Positions 49,489 through 59,606 of a DNA stretch of 64,000 nucleotides are shown here, piece by piece (position 1 is the first letter of the stretch; each line of letters opens with the position of its first letter). The notes under the pieces are model-generated. The model did not search any database. It was not told where the DNA came from and saw only the letters and a program-made list of their open reading frames with translations. The stretch comes from Candidatus Anstonellales archaeon. GTDB lineage: Archaea; Micrarchaeota; Micrarchaeia; Anstonellales; J096. The translations under genes were made by a program, and so were the position numbers. The stretch spans positions 176,445 through 240,444 of the forward strand of contig JAWACY010000002.1 of the NCBI GenBank assembly GCA_038896535.1, read 5' to 3'.

Positions 49489-50190
49489 ATGGCAAAAAAA
49501 GGAAATAGAAGGCATTTAAAAAGAATTGCAACAAAGAAAAGGCTTGCAATAAAGGAGAAAAAGGCAAAGAAATTTATAATGAAGCCAATGCCTGGAAGGC
49601 ATAATAAAGATAGCACATGGTCATTATTATTTCTATTAAGGGATAAATTAGCAATTGCAAAGACAAAAAAGGAAGCTAAATACATATTGAATAAAGGCAT
49701 TGTAAAAGTTGATGGAAAGGTTATAAAAAAGCTTGATTATCCAATAGGGCTATTTGACATTATAAATATAAGTGGTGAAACTTATGTTATTGTGCTTGAT
49801 AAAAAAGGCAGGCTTGATGTGATAAAAGCAAAAATAGATCACAAGCCATTGAAAATAAAAAACAAGGTCAGCATTAAACCAGGCTTGTGGCAGTTAACAT
49901 TCCATGATGGCACAACAAAACTTGTAAAAGACAATAGCATAAAAGTTGGATACACTGTAATTTATGACCTCAATAAAAAAGAGATAAAGGAAATAAAAAG
50001 GCCAGAGCAGAATGCATTATGCTTAATAACAGATGGAAAACATGCAGGGCAAATAGCAAAGTTAGAAGACATAAAGGACATGCAAGGCAAGAAAGAGGCA
50101 ACATTAAAAATTGATAATGAGAAAATAATAACAAAGCTCAACTACCTTTTTTTCTTGCCAGACGAATGGCAGAAATTATTGAGTAAATAA
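49489..50190 (+). CDS. rps4e: 30S ribosomal protein S4e (eS4)
   Basis: HLKR, PGRH, VKVDGK, FHDG, GKHAG. Confidence 0.95.
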   Translation: MAKKGNRRHLKRIATKKRLAIKEKKAKKFIMKPMPGRHNKDSTWSLLFLLRDKLAIAKTKKEAKYILNKGIVKVDGKVIKKLDYPIGLFDIINISGETYVIVLDKKGRLDVIKAKIDHKPLKIKNKVSIKPGLWQLTFHDGTTKLVKDNSIKVGYTVIYDLNKKEIKEIKRPEQNALCLITDGKHAGQIAKLEDIKDMQGKKEATLKIDNEKIITKLNYLFFLPDEWQKLLSK

Positions 50191-50199
50191 CTATGGTGG

Positions 50200-50820
50200 A
50201 TGATAATAATGACAGCAGAAACAAAAATGCAAGCAAAGGAAAATGTTGATAAGCAAATTGGTAAGTCAGTTAATAAGCAGTTGGATAAGCCAGTTAAATC
50301 ATCTGAAAAAGCATATGAAAAACAATTTTCAGAACCTTTTATTGAGAAAGTAACGATAAATATAGGCGTTGGGGAGCAAAGCGAAAAGCTCGATGCTGCA
50401 GAAGAGCTTTTGAAAAGATTGACAGGAAGAAAACCTTTGAGGACAAAGGCAAAGAAAAGAGTGCCTGCATTTGGCATAAGGCCTGGGCTTAACATAGGAG
50501 TAAAGGTTACACTTAGAAAGAATGAAGCTGTGGAAATGTTGAAAAGGTTATTAAGTGCAAAAAAGCAACTGAAAGAATCAAACTTTGATAATAATGGGAA
50601 TTTTTCTTTTGGCATTGCTGAATACATAGATGTTCCTGGCCTTAAATATGACCCAAAAATAGGCATGTATGGATTTGATGTTTGCGTAACGCTTGCAAAA
50701 AAAGGCATAAGGGTCGCAAAAAGAAAACTTAAAAAAGCAAAAGTAGGGAAGAATCAGGCCATAACAAAGCAGGAAGCAATAGATTACATTAAAAAAATGT
50801 TCAACATTAATATATTATAA
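50200..50820 (+). CDS. rpl5: 50S ribosomal protein L5 (uL5)
   Basis: IEKVTINIGVG, FGIR, GNFSFGI.EYID, YDPKIGMYG. Confidence 0.96.
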   Translation: MIIMTAETKMQAKENVDKQIGKSVNKQLDKPVKSSEKAYEKQFSEPFIEKVTINIGVGEQSEKLDAAEELLKRLTGRKPLRTKAKKRVPAFGIRPGLNIGVKVTLRKNEAVEMLKRLLSAKKQLKESNFDNNGNFSFGIAEYIDVPGLKYDPKIGMYGFDVCVTLAKKGIRVAKRKLKKAKVGKNQAITKQEAIDYIKKMFNINIL

Positions 50821-50832
50821 TTGGTGATTTTT

Positions 50833-51015
50833 ATGGAAGAGAAAAAAATAGAAATTGAACATTTAAAGGCTTTAACATCAAAGAAAAGAAAAGGCATAAG
50901 AAAATGCAAGAGATGCTCAACAGCAAAAGGACTTATAAGAAAATATGGCATTTACTTATGCAGAAGATGTTTTAGAGAGCTTGGAGAGAGCATGGGATTC
51001 AGAAAATTAAGATGA
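50833..51015 (+). CDS. rps14: 30S ribosomal protein S14 (uS14, Zn-binding)
   Basis: CKRC...LIRKYGIYLCRRCFRE. Confidence 0.95.
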   Translation: MEEKKIEIEHLKALTSKKRKGIRKCKRCSTAKGLIRKYGIYLCRRCFRELGESMGFRKLR

Positions 51016-51031
51016 AAATTAAGGTGATGGC

Positions 51032-51418
51032 ATGGCAAAAGATATATTGGCTGAAAATATAAATAAAATAAAAATATATGATATGCTCAAAAAGGAAGAA
51101 TGTGTAATAAAATATTCAAAACTCATGCTTGGTATTTTAGAGCAGTTAAAGAAATATGGTTATATAGAAGATTACAGATATGAAGACAATAACAAGGGCG
51201 GGATAATCATTGTTAAGTTAAAAGGGAGAATAAATGATATAGGAGTTATAAAACCAAGAGCGCCTGTAAAAAGGCAGGCATGGTATGAAAAAGAAGCGCA
51301 ATATTTACCAGCTTATAATATTGGCCATCTTATAGTCTCAACGCCAAAAGGGATATTAACAAATATAGAGGCAAAAAGCCTTGGAATGGGCGGAAGATTG
51401 CTTTTGTATGTTTATTGA
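51032..51418 (+). CDS. rps8: 30S ribosomal protein S8 (uS8)
   Basis: GRIN.IGVIKPR, YLPA, IVSTPKG, GGRLL.YVY. Confidence 0.96.
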   Translation: MAKDILAENINKIKIYDMLKKEECVIKYSKLMLGILEQLKKYGYIEDYRYEDNNKGGIIIVKLKGRINDIGVIKPRAPVKRQAWYEKEAQYLPAYNIGHLIVSTPKGILTNIEAKSLGMGGRLLLYVY

Positions 51419-51426
51419 GGGTTAAA

Positions 51427-51927
51427 ATGAGATTAAAACATATATTAATACCAGAAAATGTTGAAGTAAAAGCAGATAAAAATGTTGTCCAAATAAAGGG
51501 GCCAAAAGGCAGTATAGAAAAAACATTTTCAAAAGATGTTGATATAAAAGTAAGTGGCACAAATATAGAAGTAAATGCAAGCAATAAGGCCTTGATAAAT
51601 ACAGTAAGAGCAATAATAAATAATATGATTGAGGGCGTCACAAAAGGATTTGAAAAAAAACTTGTTGTCAGATATGCACATTTTCCTGTTAAATTTGTCT
51701 TAAAAGGGAATACTTTATTAATAGAGAACTTTCTTGGTGAAAAAGAGCCAAGAAAAGCAAGAATTCCAAATGGTGTTGTAGTAAAACCATCGGGCCAATT
51801 TGTTATTTTGCAAAGCGTGGATAAAGAGGCTTTAGGCCAAGCAGCTGCAAACATAAAAACAGCTGTAAAAATAAGGCAAAAGGACATAAGAGTTTTTCAA
51901 GATGGCATATATGAAGCTTATGAGTAA
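51427..51927 (+). CDS. rpl6: 50S ribosomal protein L6 (uL6)
   Basis: GPKG, YAHFP, NFLGEK.PR, KDIRVFQDGIY. Confidence 0.95.
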   Translation: MRLKHILIPENVEVKADKNVVQIKGPKGSIEKTFSKDVDIKVSGTNIEVNASNKALINTVRAIINNMIEGVTKGFEKKLVVRYAHFPVKFVLKGNTLLIENFLGEKEPRKARIPNGVVVKPSGQFVILQSVDKEALGQAAANIKTAVKIRQKDIRVFQDGIYEAYE

Positions 51928-51967
51928 TATTATAAATAAATTAATGTAATGATCATGGTGGTAATAT

Positions 51968-52321
51968 ATGAATAAAAAAAGAAAAGGTTCATTCAATGTT
52001 CCAAATGCAACAGGGAAAAGAGCAAAAAAAAGAGTAAAGCAAAGATGGAGAAAGCCTAGGGGCATAGATAACAAAAAAAGGATCAGGAAAAAAGGCCATG
52101 GAGCAGTGCCAAAGATAGGATATAAAAATTCAAAGCATTTAAGACATTTGCATCCAAGTTATAAAAGAGAGGCACTTATTTCAAATGAAAAGGAGCTTGA
52201 TGCATTTAATCCAGATTTATATGCAATAAGAATAAGGCGCAGTGTCGGAAAAAGAAAAAGAGCAATTATTATAGAAAAGGCAGAGAAGCTTGGATTTTTG
52301 GTTCTAAACAAGGGGAGATAA
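51968..52321 (+). CDS. rpl32e: 50S ribosomal protein L32e (eL32)
   Basis: WRKPRGIDNK.R, PKIGY, HLHPS. Confidence 0.95.
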   Translation: MNKKRKGSFNVPNATGKRAKKRVKQRWRKPRGIDNKKRIRKKGHGAVPKIGYKNSKHLRHLHPSYKREALISNEKELDAFNPDLYAIRIRRSVGKRKRAIIIEKAEKLGFLVLNKGR

Positions 52322-52322
52322 A

Positions 52323-52796
52323 ATGAAAAACAAGCCAAAAAATAGAATAAAAAAACTTGCATCAAAAGTACTTAAAGTTGGCATGTATAGAATAAAGATA
52401 GCTGATAATAAAGAAGTTGAGAAAAAAGTTGCAACAAGGCAGGACATTAAAGACCTTTATAAGCAAGGCCTTATAAAAATAAAACAAATAAAGGGCCAGT
52501 TATCAAAAAATGTTAAGCAAAGATTAAGGAAAAAGCCAAGGAGAAAAGGCAAGGGAAGCAGAAAAGGGAGCAAAAATGCTAGATTTGATAGCAAAAAGAG
52601 CCATATGAAAAAAATCAGGACATTAAGAGCATATTTAAAACAACTTGTATTGAATGGAAATATAGAGAAAGCAATGAAAAGGCCGCTTTATTTAAAAATA
52701 AAAGGAAATCAGTTCAAGAGCAAAAGAGCATTTGAAACATACTTAAAAGATATGGGGCTGTTAAAAAAGCCATTAGAAGAAAAGAAAGAAAATTGA
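52323..52796 (+). CDS. rpl19e: 50S ribosomal protein L19e (eL19)
   Basis: LAS.VLKVG, TRQDI, GKGSRKG..NAR, LYLKIKGNQF. Confidence 0.95.
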   Translation: MKNKPKNRIKKLASKVLKVGMYRIKIADNKEVEKKVATRQDIKDLYKQGLIKIKQIKGQLSKNVKQRLRKKPRRKGKGSRKGSKNARFDSKKSHMKKIRTLRAYLKQLVLNGNIEKAMKRPLYLKIKGNQFKSKRAFETYLKDMGLLKKPLEEKKEN

Positions 52797-52807
52797 GGGG
52801 GAAATAA

Positions 52808-53299
52808 ATGGCAAAAGCAAAAACATCTTATAAAATGCAATTCAGAAGAAGGCTTGAGCAAAAGACAAATTACAAAAAAAGGCTTGCCTTGCTGAAATCT
52901 GGCAAAGCAAGGCTTGTAATAAGAAAAACAAACAGGCAAGTTATTGTTCAGCTCATATCATTCAAAGAAATTGGAGATATAACACATGTTTATGTTGGCA
53001 AAAAACAACTTGAAAAATATGGGTGGAAAATGAAAGCAAATGCGCCAAGTGCTTATTTAGCTGGCTACTTAGCAGGAAAGCTGGCATTAAAAGCTGGTAT
53101 TAAAAGTGCTGTTGTTGATATAGGAATGCATAGCCCGACAGAAGGGGCAATTGTTTTTTTTGCAGCAAAGGGGGCGAGAGATGCTGGGCTTGATATTCCT
53201 TTTGCTGCACAATTAGATGAGCAAAGAGAGAAAGGAAAGCACATAAATATGGAAGCAGAATTTGAACAAACAAAAAAGAAAATTGAGGGGATAGCATGA
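52808..53299 (+). CDS. rpl18: 50S ribosomal protein L18 (uL18)
   Basis: RRR..KTNYKKRLALL, RLVIRKTN, SAYLAG, GARDAGL. Confidence 0.95.
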   Translation: MAKAKTSYKMQFRRRLEQKTNYKKRLALLKSGKARLVIRKTNRQVIVQLISFKEIGDITHVYVGKKQLEKYGWKMKANAPSAYLAGYLAGKLALKAGIKSAVVDIGMHSPTEGAIVFFAAKGARDAGLDIPFAAQLDEQREKGKHINMEAEFEQTKKKIEGIA

Positions 53300-53910
53300 A
53301 TGAAAATGAAGAAATGAGCCAAATGCATATGCAAGAAGCAAAAACAAAGCTTGGAAGAGCAGTAAGAAATGGGGAAATAACAAACATAGATGAGATACTG
53401 ACAAAAAGAAAACCCATACTTGAAACATGGATTGTTGATGCTTTATTACCAGATTTAAAATCGCAGACAATAGAATTAAGAACAACACAAAGAGTGACTG
53501 ATTCAGGAAGAAAAATAAGTTATAGGGCAGTTGTCATTGTTGGGAGCGATAGAGGATATATAGGGCTCGGTTCAGGAAAAGCACAAGAGCCTGCATTAGC
53601 ACTTTCAAAGGCACTCGATAAGGCAAAAAGAAGCATAATAAAAGTAAACAAAGGTTGTGGTTCATGGGAATGCCAATGTGGCACAGAGCATAGTATACCA
53701 AAATTAGTTAGAGGAAAAGAAAGTTCAACATATATAGTATTAAAACCAGCACCAAAAGGTGTTGGTTTGGCAGTAAATGATACAATAAAAAACGCTCTAA
53801 GCATTGCTGGCATAAAAGATGTTTGGGGCAAAGCAAGAGGTGCAACAGGCAATGTTTATAACACATTGCTTGCAACAATCAAAGCACTTGATAAGCTAAA
53901 TGAATATTAG
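53296..53910 (+). CDS. rps5: 30S ribosomal protein S5 (uS5)
   Basis: QRVTDSGR, GCGSWECQC..EHSIP, PAPKGVGL. Confidence 0.96.
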   Translation: MNENEEMSQMHMQEAKTKLGRAVRNGEITNIDEILTKRKPILETWIVDALLPDLKSQTIELRTTQRVTDSGRKISYRAVVIVGSDRGYIGLGSGKAQEPALALSKALDKAKRSIIKVNKGCGSWECQCGTEHSIPKLVRGKESSTYIVLKPAPKGVGLAVNDTIKNALSIAGIKDVWGKARGATGNVYNTLLATIKALDKLNEY

Positions 53911-53918
53911 GTGGGAAT

Positions 53919-54338
53919 ATGCTCATATGCGCAATAAGGGTTAGAGGAATAAGAAACATAAAGCCAAAAATAAGGCATACATTGGAAATGCTTGGCTTAA
54001 ATAAAGTAAATAATGCAATAATAATAAAAGATAATGAGAGCTTGTTAAAAATGCTTGATGTTGCAAAAGATTACATAACATATGGGCCTTTGAATGAAGA
54101 AAATGCAATAAAGTTAATAGAAAAGGTCTATTTAAAATATAGAAAAAATGAAGCAAATGGCAGAGATGCAAAAACAATATTGCAAGAATTCTTAAATAGT
54201 AAAAATTATAGATTTCCATTCACTTTTAGATTACGCCCGCCAAGAAAAGGATATAAAAGCATAAAGAGGCCATTTTCTATGGGCGGGGCGTTAGGCAAAA
54301 GGGCTGAAATTGACAGCTTGGTTTCAAGAATGTTTTAA
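53919..54338 (+). CDS. rpl30: 50S ribosomal protein L30 (uL30)
   Basis: IRVRG, TLEMLGL, YITYG, FRLRPPRKG. Confidence 0.95.
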   Translation: MLICAIRVRGIRNIKPKIRHTLEMLGLNKVNNAIIIKDNESLLKMLDVAKDYITYGPLNEENAIKLIEKVYLKYRKNEANGRDAKTILQEFLNSKNYRFPFTFRLRPPRKGYKSIKRPFSMGGALGKRAEIDSLVSRMF

Positions 54339-54362
54339 AGTTGTTGTTTTAAAGGTGTTAAT

Positions 54363-54782
54363 ATGCCAAAAAGAAAGAAAAAAAAGACTGCATATTTAAG
54401 GGGCTTCAGAAGACATGGACATGGAAATATAAAAAATAGGAGGGGCTCTGGAAATAAAGGAGGAAAAGGCAATGCTGGATTGCATAAGCATAAATGGACT
54501 TATACAGTTAAATACGCAAAAGACCATTTTGGATCAAAGGGTTTTGTAAGGCAAAATAAAAAGCATATAAAAACAATAAATTTGTGGGAAATTGAAAACA
54601 TGGCAAAAAAAGGGCTATTGGAAATGAAAGATAAAGCATACATATTTGAATTTGATGGCAAAGTTCTTGGCACTGGTAATTTAAGCAATGCATACATAAT
54701 TAAAGCACTTGCTTTTTCTGAAAAAGCAAAACAAAGAATAGAAGAAGCTGGTGGAAAAGCATTAACAAAAAATGAGCAATGA
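54363..54782 (+). CDS. rpl15: 50S ribosomal protein L15 (uL15)
   Basis: RGSGNKGGKGNAG.HKHK, KVLGTG, IEEAGG. Confidence 0.96.
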   Translation: MPKRKKKKTAYLRGFRRHGHGNIKNRRGSGNKGGKGNAGLHKHKWTYTVKYAKDHFGSKGFVRQNKKHIKTINLWEIENMAKKGLLEMKDKAYIFEFDGKVLGTGNLSNAYIIKALAFSEKAKQRIEEAGGKALTKNEQ

Positions 54783-54807
54783 TGAAAAATAAGCAATAAT
54801 AAGAGGG

Positions 54808-56199
54808 ATGCTATTGTTTGAAGGAATTTTAACATTTTTTTATGAGATCTCAAAAAAACTTCCGCTGATCAAAAGCCCGGAAAGACAATTGTCATCAAAA
54901 GAAAAATTGCAGTGGGTCATTATTGTATTGGCCATTTATTATATATTATTTAATACTACTGCTATTGGATTAAAAGAGCATAGGGGGGAACAAGATTTTA
55001 TTCAGCTCATAACTGCTAGCAGGCAGGGAAGTTTGCTAGCTCTTGGAATAGGGCCAATAGTTATTGCTGGCATTGTTATCCAGCTTTTTGCTGGTGGTGG
55101 CCTATTAAATCTAGATTTTAATGATCCTAGCACAAGAAAAAAGGTTGCTGGTGCAACAACAACATTTGCAATATTAATAGCATTATTTGAAGCAGTAATT
55201 TATACAACAAATTATGCCAACATAGGCCTTTTCACAGTTAGTGTAAATAATTTGACAATGCTTGGGGTTGCATTACAACTTGCTCTTGGTGCAATTGCAT
55301 TAATATATTTGGATCAAATTATAAGTAAATACGGCATTGGCAGTGGAATAAGCATATTCATAGCAGCTGGTGTATCATATGGCATTATTTCTGGTTTTTC
55401 ATTCACTCTATTCAGTGAGAATGGCATTATAAATGCAGTTTCTCAAGGAGGAATAGAGGGTTTAACAAATGCTTTTGTTATGCTCCTGCCATTTATAAGC
55501 ACAATAATTATATTCTGGCTCATTGTAAAGGGTGAAAGTGCAAAAATAGTATTGCCATTAAGCATTCCAGGCATAAACAGGGCTCTTGAACTGCCTTTCT
55601 TCTTTGTCTCAAACCTGCCTGTTATATTTGCTTCTGCTTTACTTGTTTATATATTTTTAATATCAAATTCGCTTCTCTCAACGCCGATCAAAAATTCATA
55701 CGGCTGGGAGCATTATTTGGGCGGCATTCTATATATGGCAACACCGATAAGTGCTGGGGCGAATATTCCATCTTATATAGCATTTTTAACACAGGGAAAA
55801 ACGCCAGTTTATGGATTGCCAGAATGGTTACATGCAATAACATATGTTATAAGCTTATGCATTCTATCAATACTCTTTGGTAAATTCTGGGTAGAGATGA
55901 ACCCACAGCAAAATCCAGAGAATATAGCAAAAGCAATAATAAGTGCTGGCATACAGATAAGAGGACATAGAAGCGACCCAAGGCTCATAACATCAAGACT
56001 TAATGAGTACATATGGCCTTTAACAATTACAGGCTCATTAGCTGTTGCCCTTCTTGCTGGTTTTGGCGATTTATTAGCGGTTTATGGGACAGGAACAGGC
56101 ATTTTATTGACCGTTGGTATTCTTTATAAAATGGCTAATGAAGTGAAGGAAACATTAGATATACACTACCCAAGCATTTCAAAAATTATATTTAAATAG
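54808..56199 (+). CDS. secY: Protein translocase subunit SecY
   Basis: LGIGPIV.A, GIGSGISIFIA, SNLPVIF, GTGILLTVGI; follows uL15. Confidence 0.96.
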   Translation: MLLFEGILTFFYEISKKLPLIKSPERQLSSKEKLQWVIIVLAIYYILFNTTAIGLKEHRGEQDFIQLITASRQGSLLALGIGPIVIAGIVIQLFAGGGLLNLDFNDPSTRKKVAGATTTFAILIALFEAVIYTTNYANIGLFTVSVNNLTMLGVALQLALGAIALIYLDQIISKYGIGSGISIFIAAGVSYGIISGFSFTLFSENGIINAVSQGGIEGLTNAFVMLLPFISTIIIFWLIVKGESAKIVLPLSIPGINRALELPFFFVSNLPVIFASALLVYIFLISNSLLSTPIKNSYGWEHYLGGILYMATPISAGANIPSYIAFLTQGKTPVYGLPEWLHAITYVISLCILSILFGKFWVEMNPQQNPENIAKAIISAGIQIRGHRSDPRLITSRLNEYIWPLTITGSLAVALLAGFGDLLAVYGTGTGILLTVGILYKMANEVKETLDIHYPSISKIIFK

Positions 56200-56316
56200 C
56201 CCCGTTAAAACATCCGAAACATCCAATTATAAAAAAATTATAAAAATAAAGTTAGCATAAAAGCATTAGCCTAAAGGCATCATATTTTTAAATAGTTTTT
56301 TCATCTATTATTTATT

Positions 56317-57039
56317 ATGAAGGCTTCTATTGTAATCCCTGCTTATAATGAAGAAAAATACCTTCCTTTAGCGCTTGAAAGCATAATGAAGCAAACATAC
56401 CAAAATTTCGAAATTATTGTTGTTGATTGCTTCAGTGAAGATAAGACAGCAAAAATAGCAGAGGATTATGGGGCAAGGGTTTTACAATATTATAAGGGAA
56501 ATATAGGTGCAACAAGAAGAGCTGGTGCATTAGCAGCAACAGGACATTTTATTGTTAGCACTTCAGCTGATAATGTTCATGCAAATGACTGGCTTGAAGA
56601 GCTTATTAATCCATTAAAGCATGGCTATGATGCAACATATGGCCCGGTTTATTTCCTTGATATGAAGGCACATGAAAGAATAATGACAAACTTCTTTTTT
56701 GATTATGTTGTACATGCATTTTCATTATTAAAAATTCCATATGCAATAGCTGATAGCATGGCATTTGAAAAGAAGTTTTATTTCAAAATAGGCGGTTTCA
56801 ATCCATTAAAATCAAGCGAAGATACTGATATATTAAAACGCTCATTTAAATATGGAAAAGTATGCTACGTAAAAAAAGCAAAGGCATACACATTTCCAAG
56901 AAGAATAAGGGAATGGGGCTGGCTAAAGTATTTGCATTTCAATACAAAAAACTTTTTTTTGTACTATTTTACTGGAAAGCCTCATGAGCACTACAGCCTT
57001 TTATCAACGCAAATAAAAAAAATAAATGAAAGGCAATGA
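56317..57039 (+). CDS. Glycosyltransferase family 2
   Basis: SIVIPAYNEE, IIVVD.FSED.T, SED. Confidence 0.9.
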   Translation: MKASIVIPAYNEEKYLPLALESIMKQTYQNFEIIVVDCFSEDKTAKIAEDYGARVLQYYKGNIGATRRAGALAATGHFIVSTSADNVHANDWLEELINPLKHGYDATYGPVYFLDMKAHERIMTNFFFDYVVHAFSLLKIPYAIADSMAFEKKFYFKIGGFNPLKSSEDTDILKRSFKYGKVCYVKKAKAYTFPRRIREWGWLKYLHFNTKNFFLYYFTGKPHEHYSLLSTQIKKINERQ

Positions 57040-57724
57040 GAAAATGAAAAACAGCCAAAAAATAGAAGAATTTTTCACTATTTATGGAAATTATAACAGC
57101 ATTTTTATGCCCAATAAAAAATATGACAGAGAATGCTTTGAAAATGTTGTTTATACATTATACAATTACTCTGAAAATGCTTATGAGCTTTCTGGTATTG
57201 ATATGCAAGCATTAAAAAATGCAGTAAAACAAAGAGAACAAAAACTCATAAAACAGGACAACTTAATATCATTTTCAAAAAGTGCATACTTATATTACCG
57301 TCTTAAAGAAGAGAACATAAGCATTATAGATAAAAAAAATAATCCATGCAATGCAATTGAACTTAATAAGCAAGAGTTTGAAGGCATTGGTATAATAGCA
57401 GTTTATAATGATTGGGTAATGATAAAAAAACTTAGCAGCAATGCCATGCCTTATGAAGTTTCTGCAATGCTAAGTTATGCTATTGAAAGGTTTATTGAAA
57501 AATATTATTTAATAAAATATGGGCCGTTGAAAAAAGATTATAATGCAGTGAAAAATTTAGAGCAAGCATTAGAGCAATTAAAGCAATGCAAAACAGAGAA
57601 GGATAGGATAGAAAAAGCATTCTCTTTTAAAGGCTTTCGACCATTTCCTTTTTTGGATGGGCTGATAAAAGCTTATCCTGACTTAAAGGTAAAGAAGCCA
57701 AAAGGTAGAATAAGCAAAAAATAA
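57026..57724 (+). CDS. Hypothetical protein
   Basis: 232-aa ORF in an apparent operon between the GT2 and Nop5 genes. Confidence 0.65.
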   Translation: MKGNEKMKNSQKIEEFFTIYGNYNSIFMPNKKYDRECFENVVYTLYNYSENAYELSGIDMQALKNAVKQREQKLIKQDNLISFSKSAYLYYRLKEENISIIDKKNNPCNAIELNKQEFEGIGIIAVYNDWVMIKKLSSNAMPYEVSAMLSYAIERFIEKYYLIKYGPLKKDYNAVKNLEQALEQLKQCKTEKDRIEKAFSFKGFRPFPFLDGLIKAYPDLKVKKPKGRISKK

Positions 57725-57735
57725 ATGGTGGAAAT

Positions 57736-58434
57736 ATGAAAGAAAGGGCATTGAGAGAAAAGTTTATGCAAATAGCAAAACAAAAACTTGAAGAAAAAAG
57801 AAAAAGGAATGATCTTTATATAATACAATTAAATAGGACATTAGATGATTTATATGGAATAAAAAATAAGCTTGAAGAAAGGATTAATGAATGGGCTTAT
57901 ATATATGGCATTAAGGAGAAGGGCAAAAGGCTGGTAGAAAAAATAAAAGAGCTGAAACCTGATAAAGATTGGATAATGGAAAAAGAAAGAATAGAAGCAA
58001 TAAAAAATACAGCTGCTTTAATTGAAAAAGTAGAAGAAGAGATAGAGAATAAAGAGAATTTAATTGAAAAATGCACTGCTCAGATATTGCCAAATGCATA
58101 TGCCTTAATAGGAGGTAAGCTAGTTGCAAAATTCTTATCTCTTGCTGGAAGCATTGAGAAATTAGCCGAAATGCCAGCAAGTACTATACAAGTTTTAGGT
58201 GCAGAAAGGGCATTGTTTAAGCATTTAAGAGCAAAAACAAAACCGCCAAAACATGGTATATTGCTATTAAGTCATTACGTTAATAAATTACCAAAGCATA
58301 AAAGGGGAAAAATGGCGAGAGCTCTAGCTTCAAAATTGGCAATAGCATTCAAAGCAGATTTATCTGGGCATTTTATAGGAAAAGAACTTAAAGATGCTGT
58401 AGAAAAAAGGTTCAAAGAGCTGTCAAAAAAATAA
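57736..58434 (+). CDS. nop5: Nop5 (Nop56/58) Nop-domain protein, short N-terminus
   Basis: PASTIQVLGAERALF, PPKHG, RGKMARALASKLAIA. Confidence 0.88.
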   Translation: MKERALREKFMQIAKQKLEEKRKRNDLYIIQLNRTLDDLYGIKNKLEERINEWAYIYGIKEKGKRLVEKIKELKPDKDWIMEKERIEAIKNTAALIEKVEEEIENKENLIEKCTAQILPNAYALIGGKLVAKFLSLAGSIEKLAEMPASTIQVLGAERALFKHLRAKTKPPKHGILLLSHYVNKLPKHKRGKMARALASKLAIAFKADLSGHFIGKELKDAVEKRFKELSKK

Positions 58435-58620
58435 TTAAAAATAACAAAACATAACACTGCCATTTATCATCATCGCCATACTCATATATTTGCTCACCAT
58501 TATCTCATTATTTTCTTATTTAAATTTACAAAATCAATCCAAGCTATTAAAAGAACAATTAAAAAAACAGCAAAAACGAAAGATTTAAAAATGATTATGA
58601 CAAATCTTAAGAGTGGTAAA

Positions 58621-59262
58621 ATGAACATAAACCAAATGATTGATGAATGGGAGGGCGTCTTATTTAAACCAAAGGAAACATATAAGGAGCTGGCTAAAAG
58701 AGCCAATTTCAGAGATGGGCTTTACCATTTAGCTGCTTTGTGTGTTTTTTACTTTTTATTCATGTCTATTGCAATTATAGTGTTTGGCTCATTATTTGGA
58801 GCATTAGCTAAAAACCTTGGTATAATTGGAGGTTCTATTTTAGTTGCCTTGCTTTTAGGCGTTGTATCCGCCATAGCTATTTTTATCACAGCGCTAATAT
58901 ACAATGGCATTTTATTAGTAATGGCTAAAATTTTAGGAGGAAAAGGAAGTTTTGGTCAGCAGTTTCATATGATTTATGCTGGAGATACTCCTATGACCAT
59001 TATTACATCTATTGTTAGTGTTATAGCTACAATTATCAGCCCTATCCCATGTATTGGTCTTATTATTTACATTATTACGCTTTTAGCATTATGGATTTAT
59101 TCGTTGTATTTGAAAGTAATTGCTTTAAGAGAAACACACGGTTATTCAACATTTAGAGCAGTAGCTACACTAGTAATCCCAGTAATCATTATTTCAGCAA
59201 TATTGGTTATAGCTATTTTGATTTTTTTTGGCGCCTTCTTTTCTAGAATTAATGCATATTAA
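58621..59262 (+). CDS. Yip1-family membrane protein
   Basis: VLFKPKETY, KILGGKGSF, LRETHGYST.RA. Confidence 0.82.
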   Translation: MNINQMIDEWEGVLFKPKETYKELAKRANFRDGLYHLAALCVFYFLFMSIAIIVFGSLFGALAKNLGIIGGSILVALLLGVVSAIAIFITALIYNGILLVMAKILGGKGSFGQQFHMIYAGDTPMTIITSIVSVIATIISPIPCIGLIIYIITLLALWIYSLYLKVIALRETHGYSTFRAVATLVIPVIIISAILVIAILIFFGAFFSRINAY

Positions 59263-59606
59263 TATTTTCATTTTATATTTAGCTAAATTAGGCTATGTCA
59301 GTTAGATTTTGCTTATATACTCAATATTAACACAAGTCCATGCAGTAAACTATTATTAAAGCTGGTTATAGTTATTAATGCGCATTAATTTTTATGTGCT
59401 TTTTATTACTTGACTTTTTGTTTGTCTGATTTTGGCTGATTTTTGGATTGCCATTTTTTAGTAAAGAACTAAGAAAATATAAAAAATGAGTGCGTTAGAT
59501 GATATTATTATAAGAAAAACCTAAAACAATAAAACCGAATGTATAATTAAATGGCAATATGGCAATATATTTAGAGTTAGTTGATAATATTATTTCTATT
59601 ATAATT

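Noticed and set aside
48384..54853. Many minus-strand ORFs over the ribosomal cluster, and similar shadow ORFs across the window
   Set aside because: Antisense shadows of well-supported genes, with F/L/S-rich composition and no motifs
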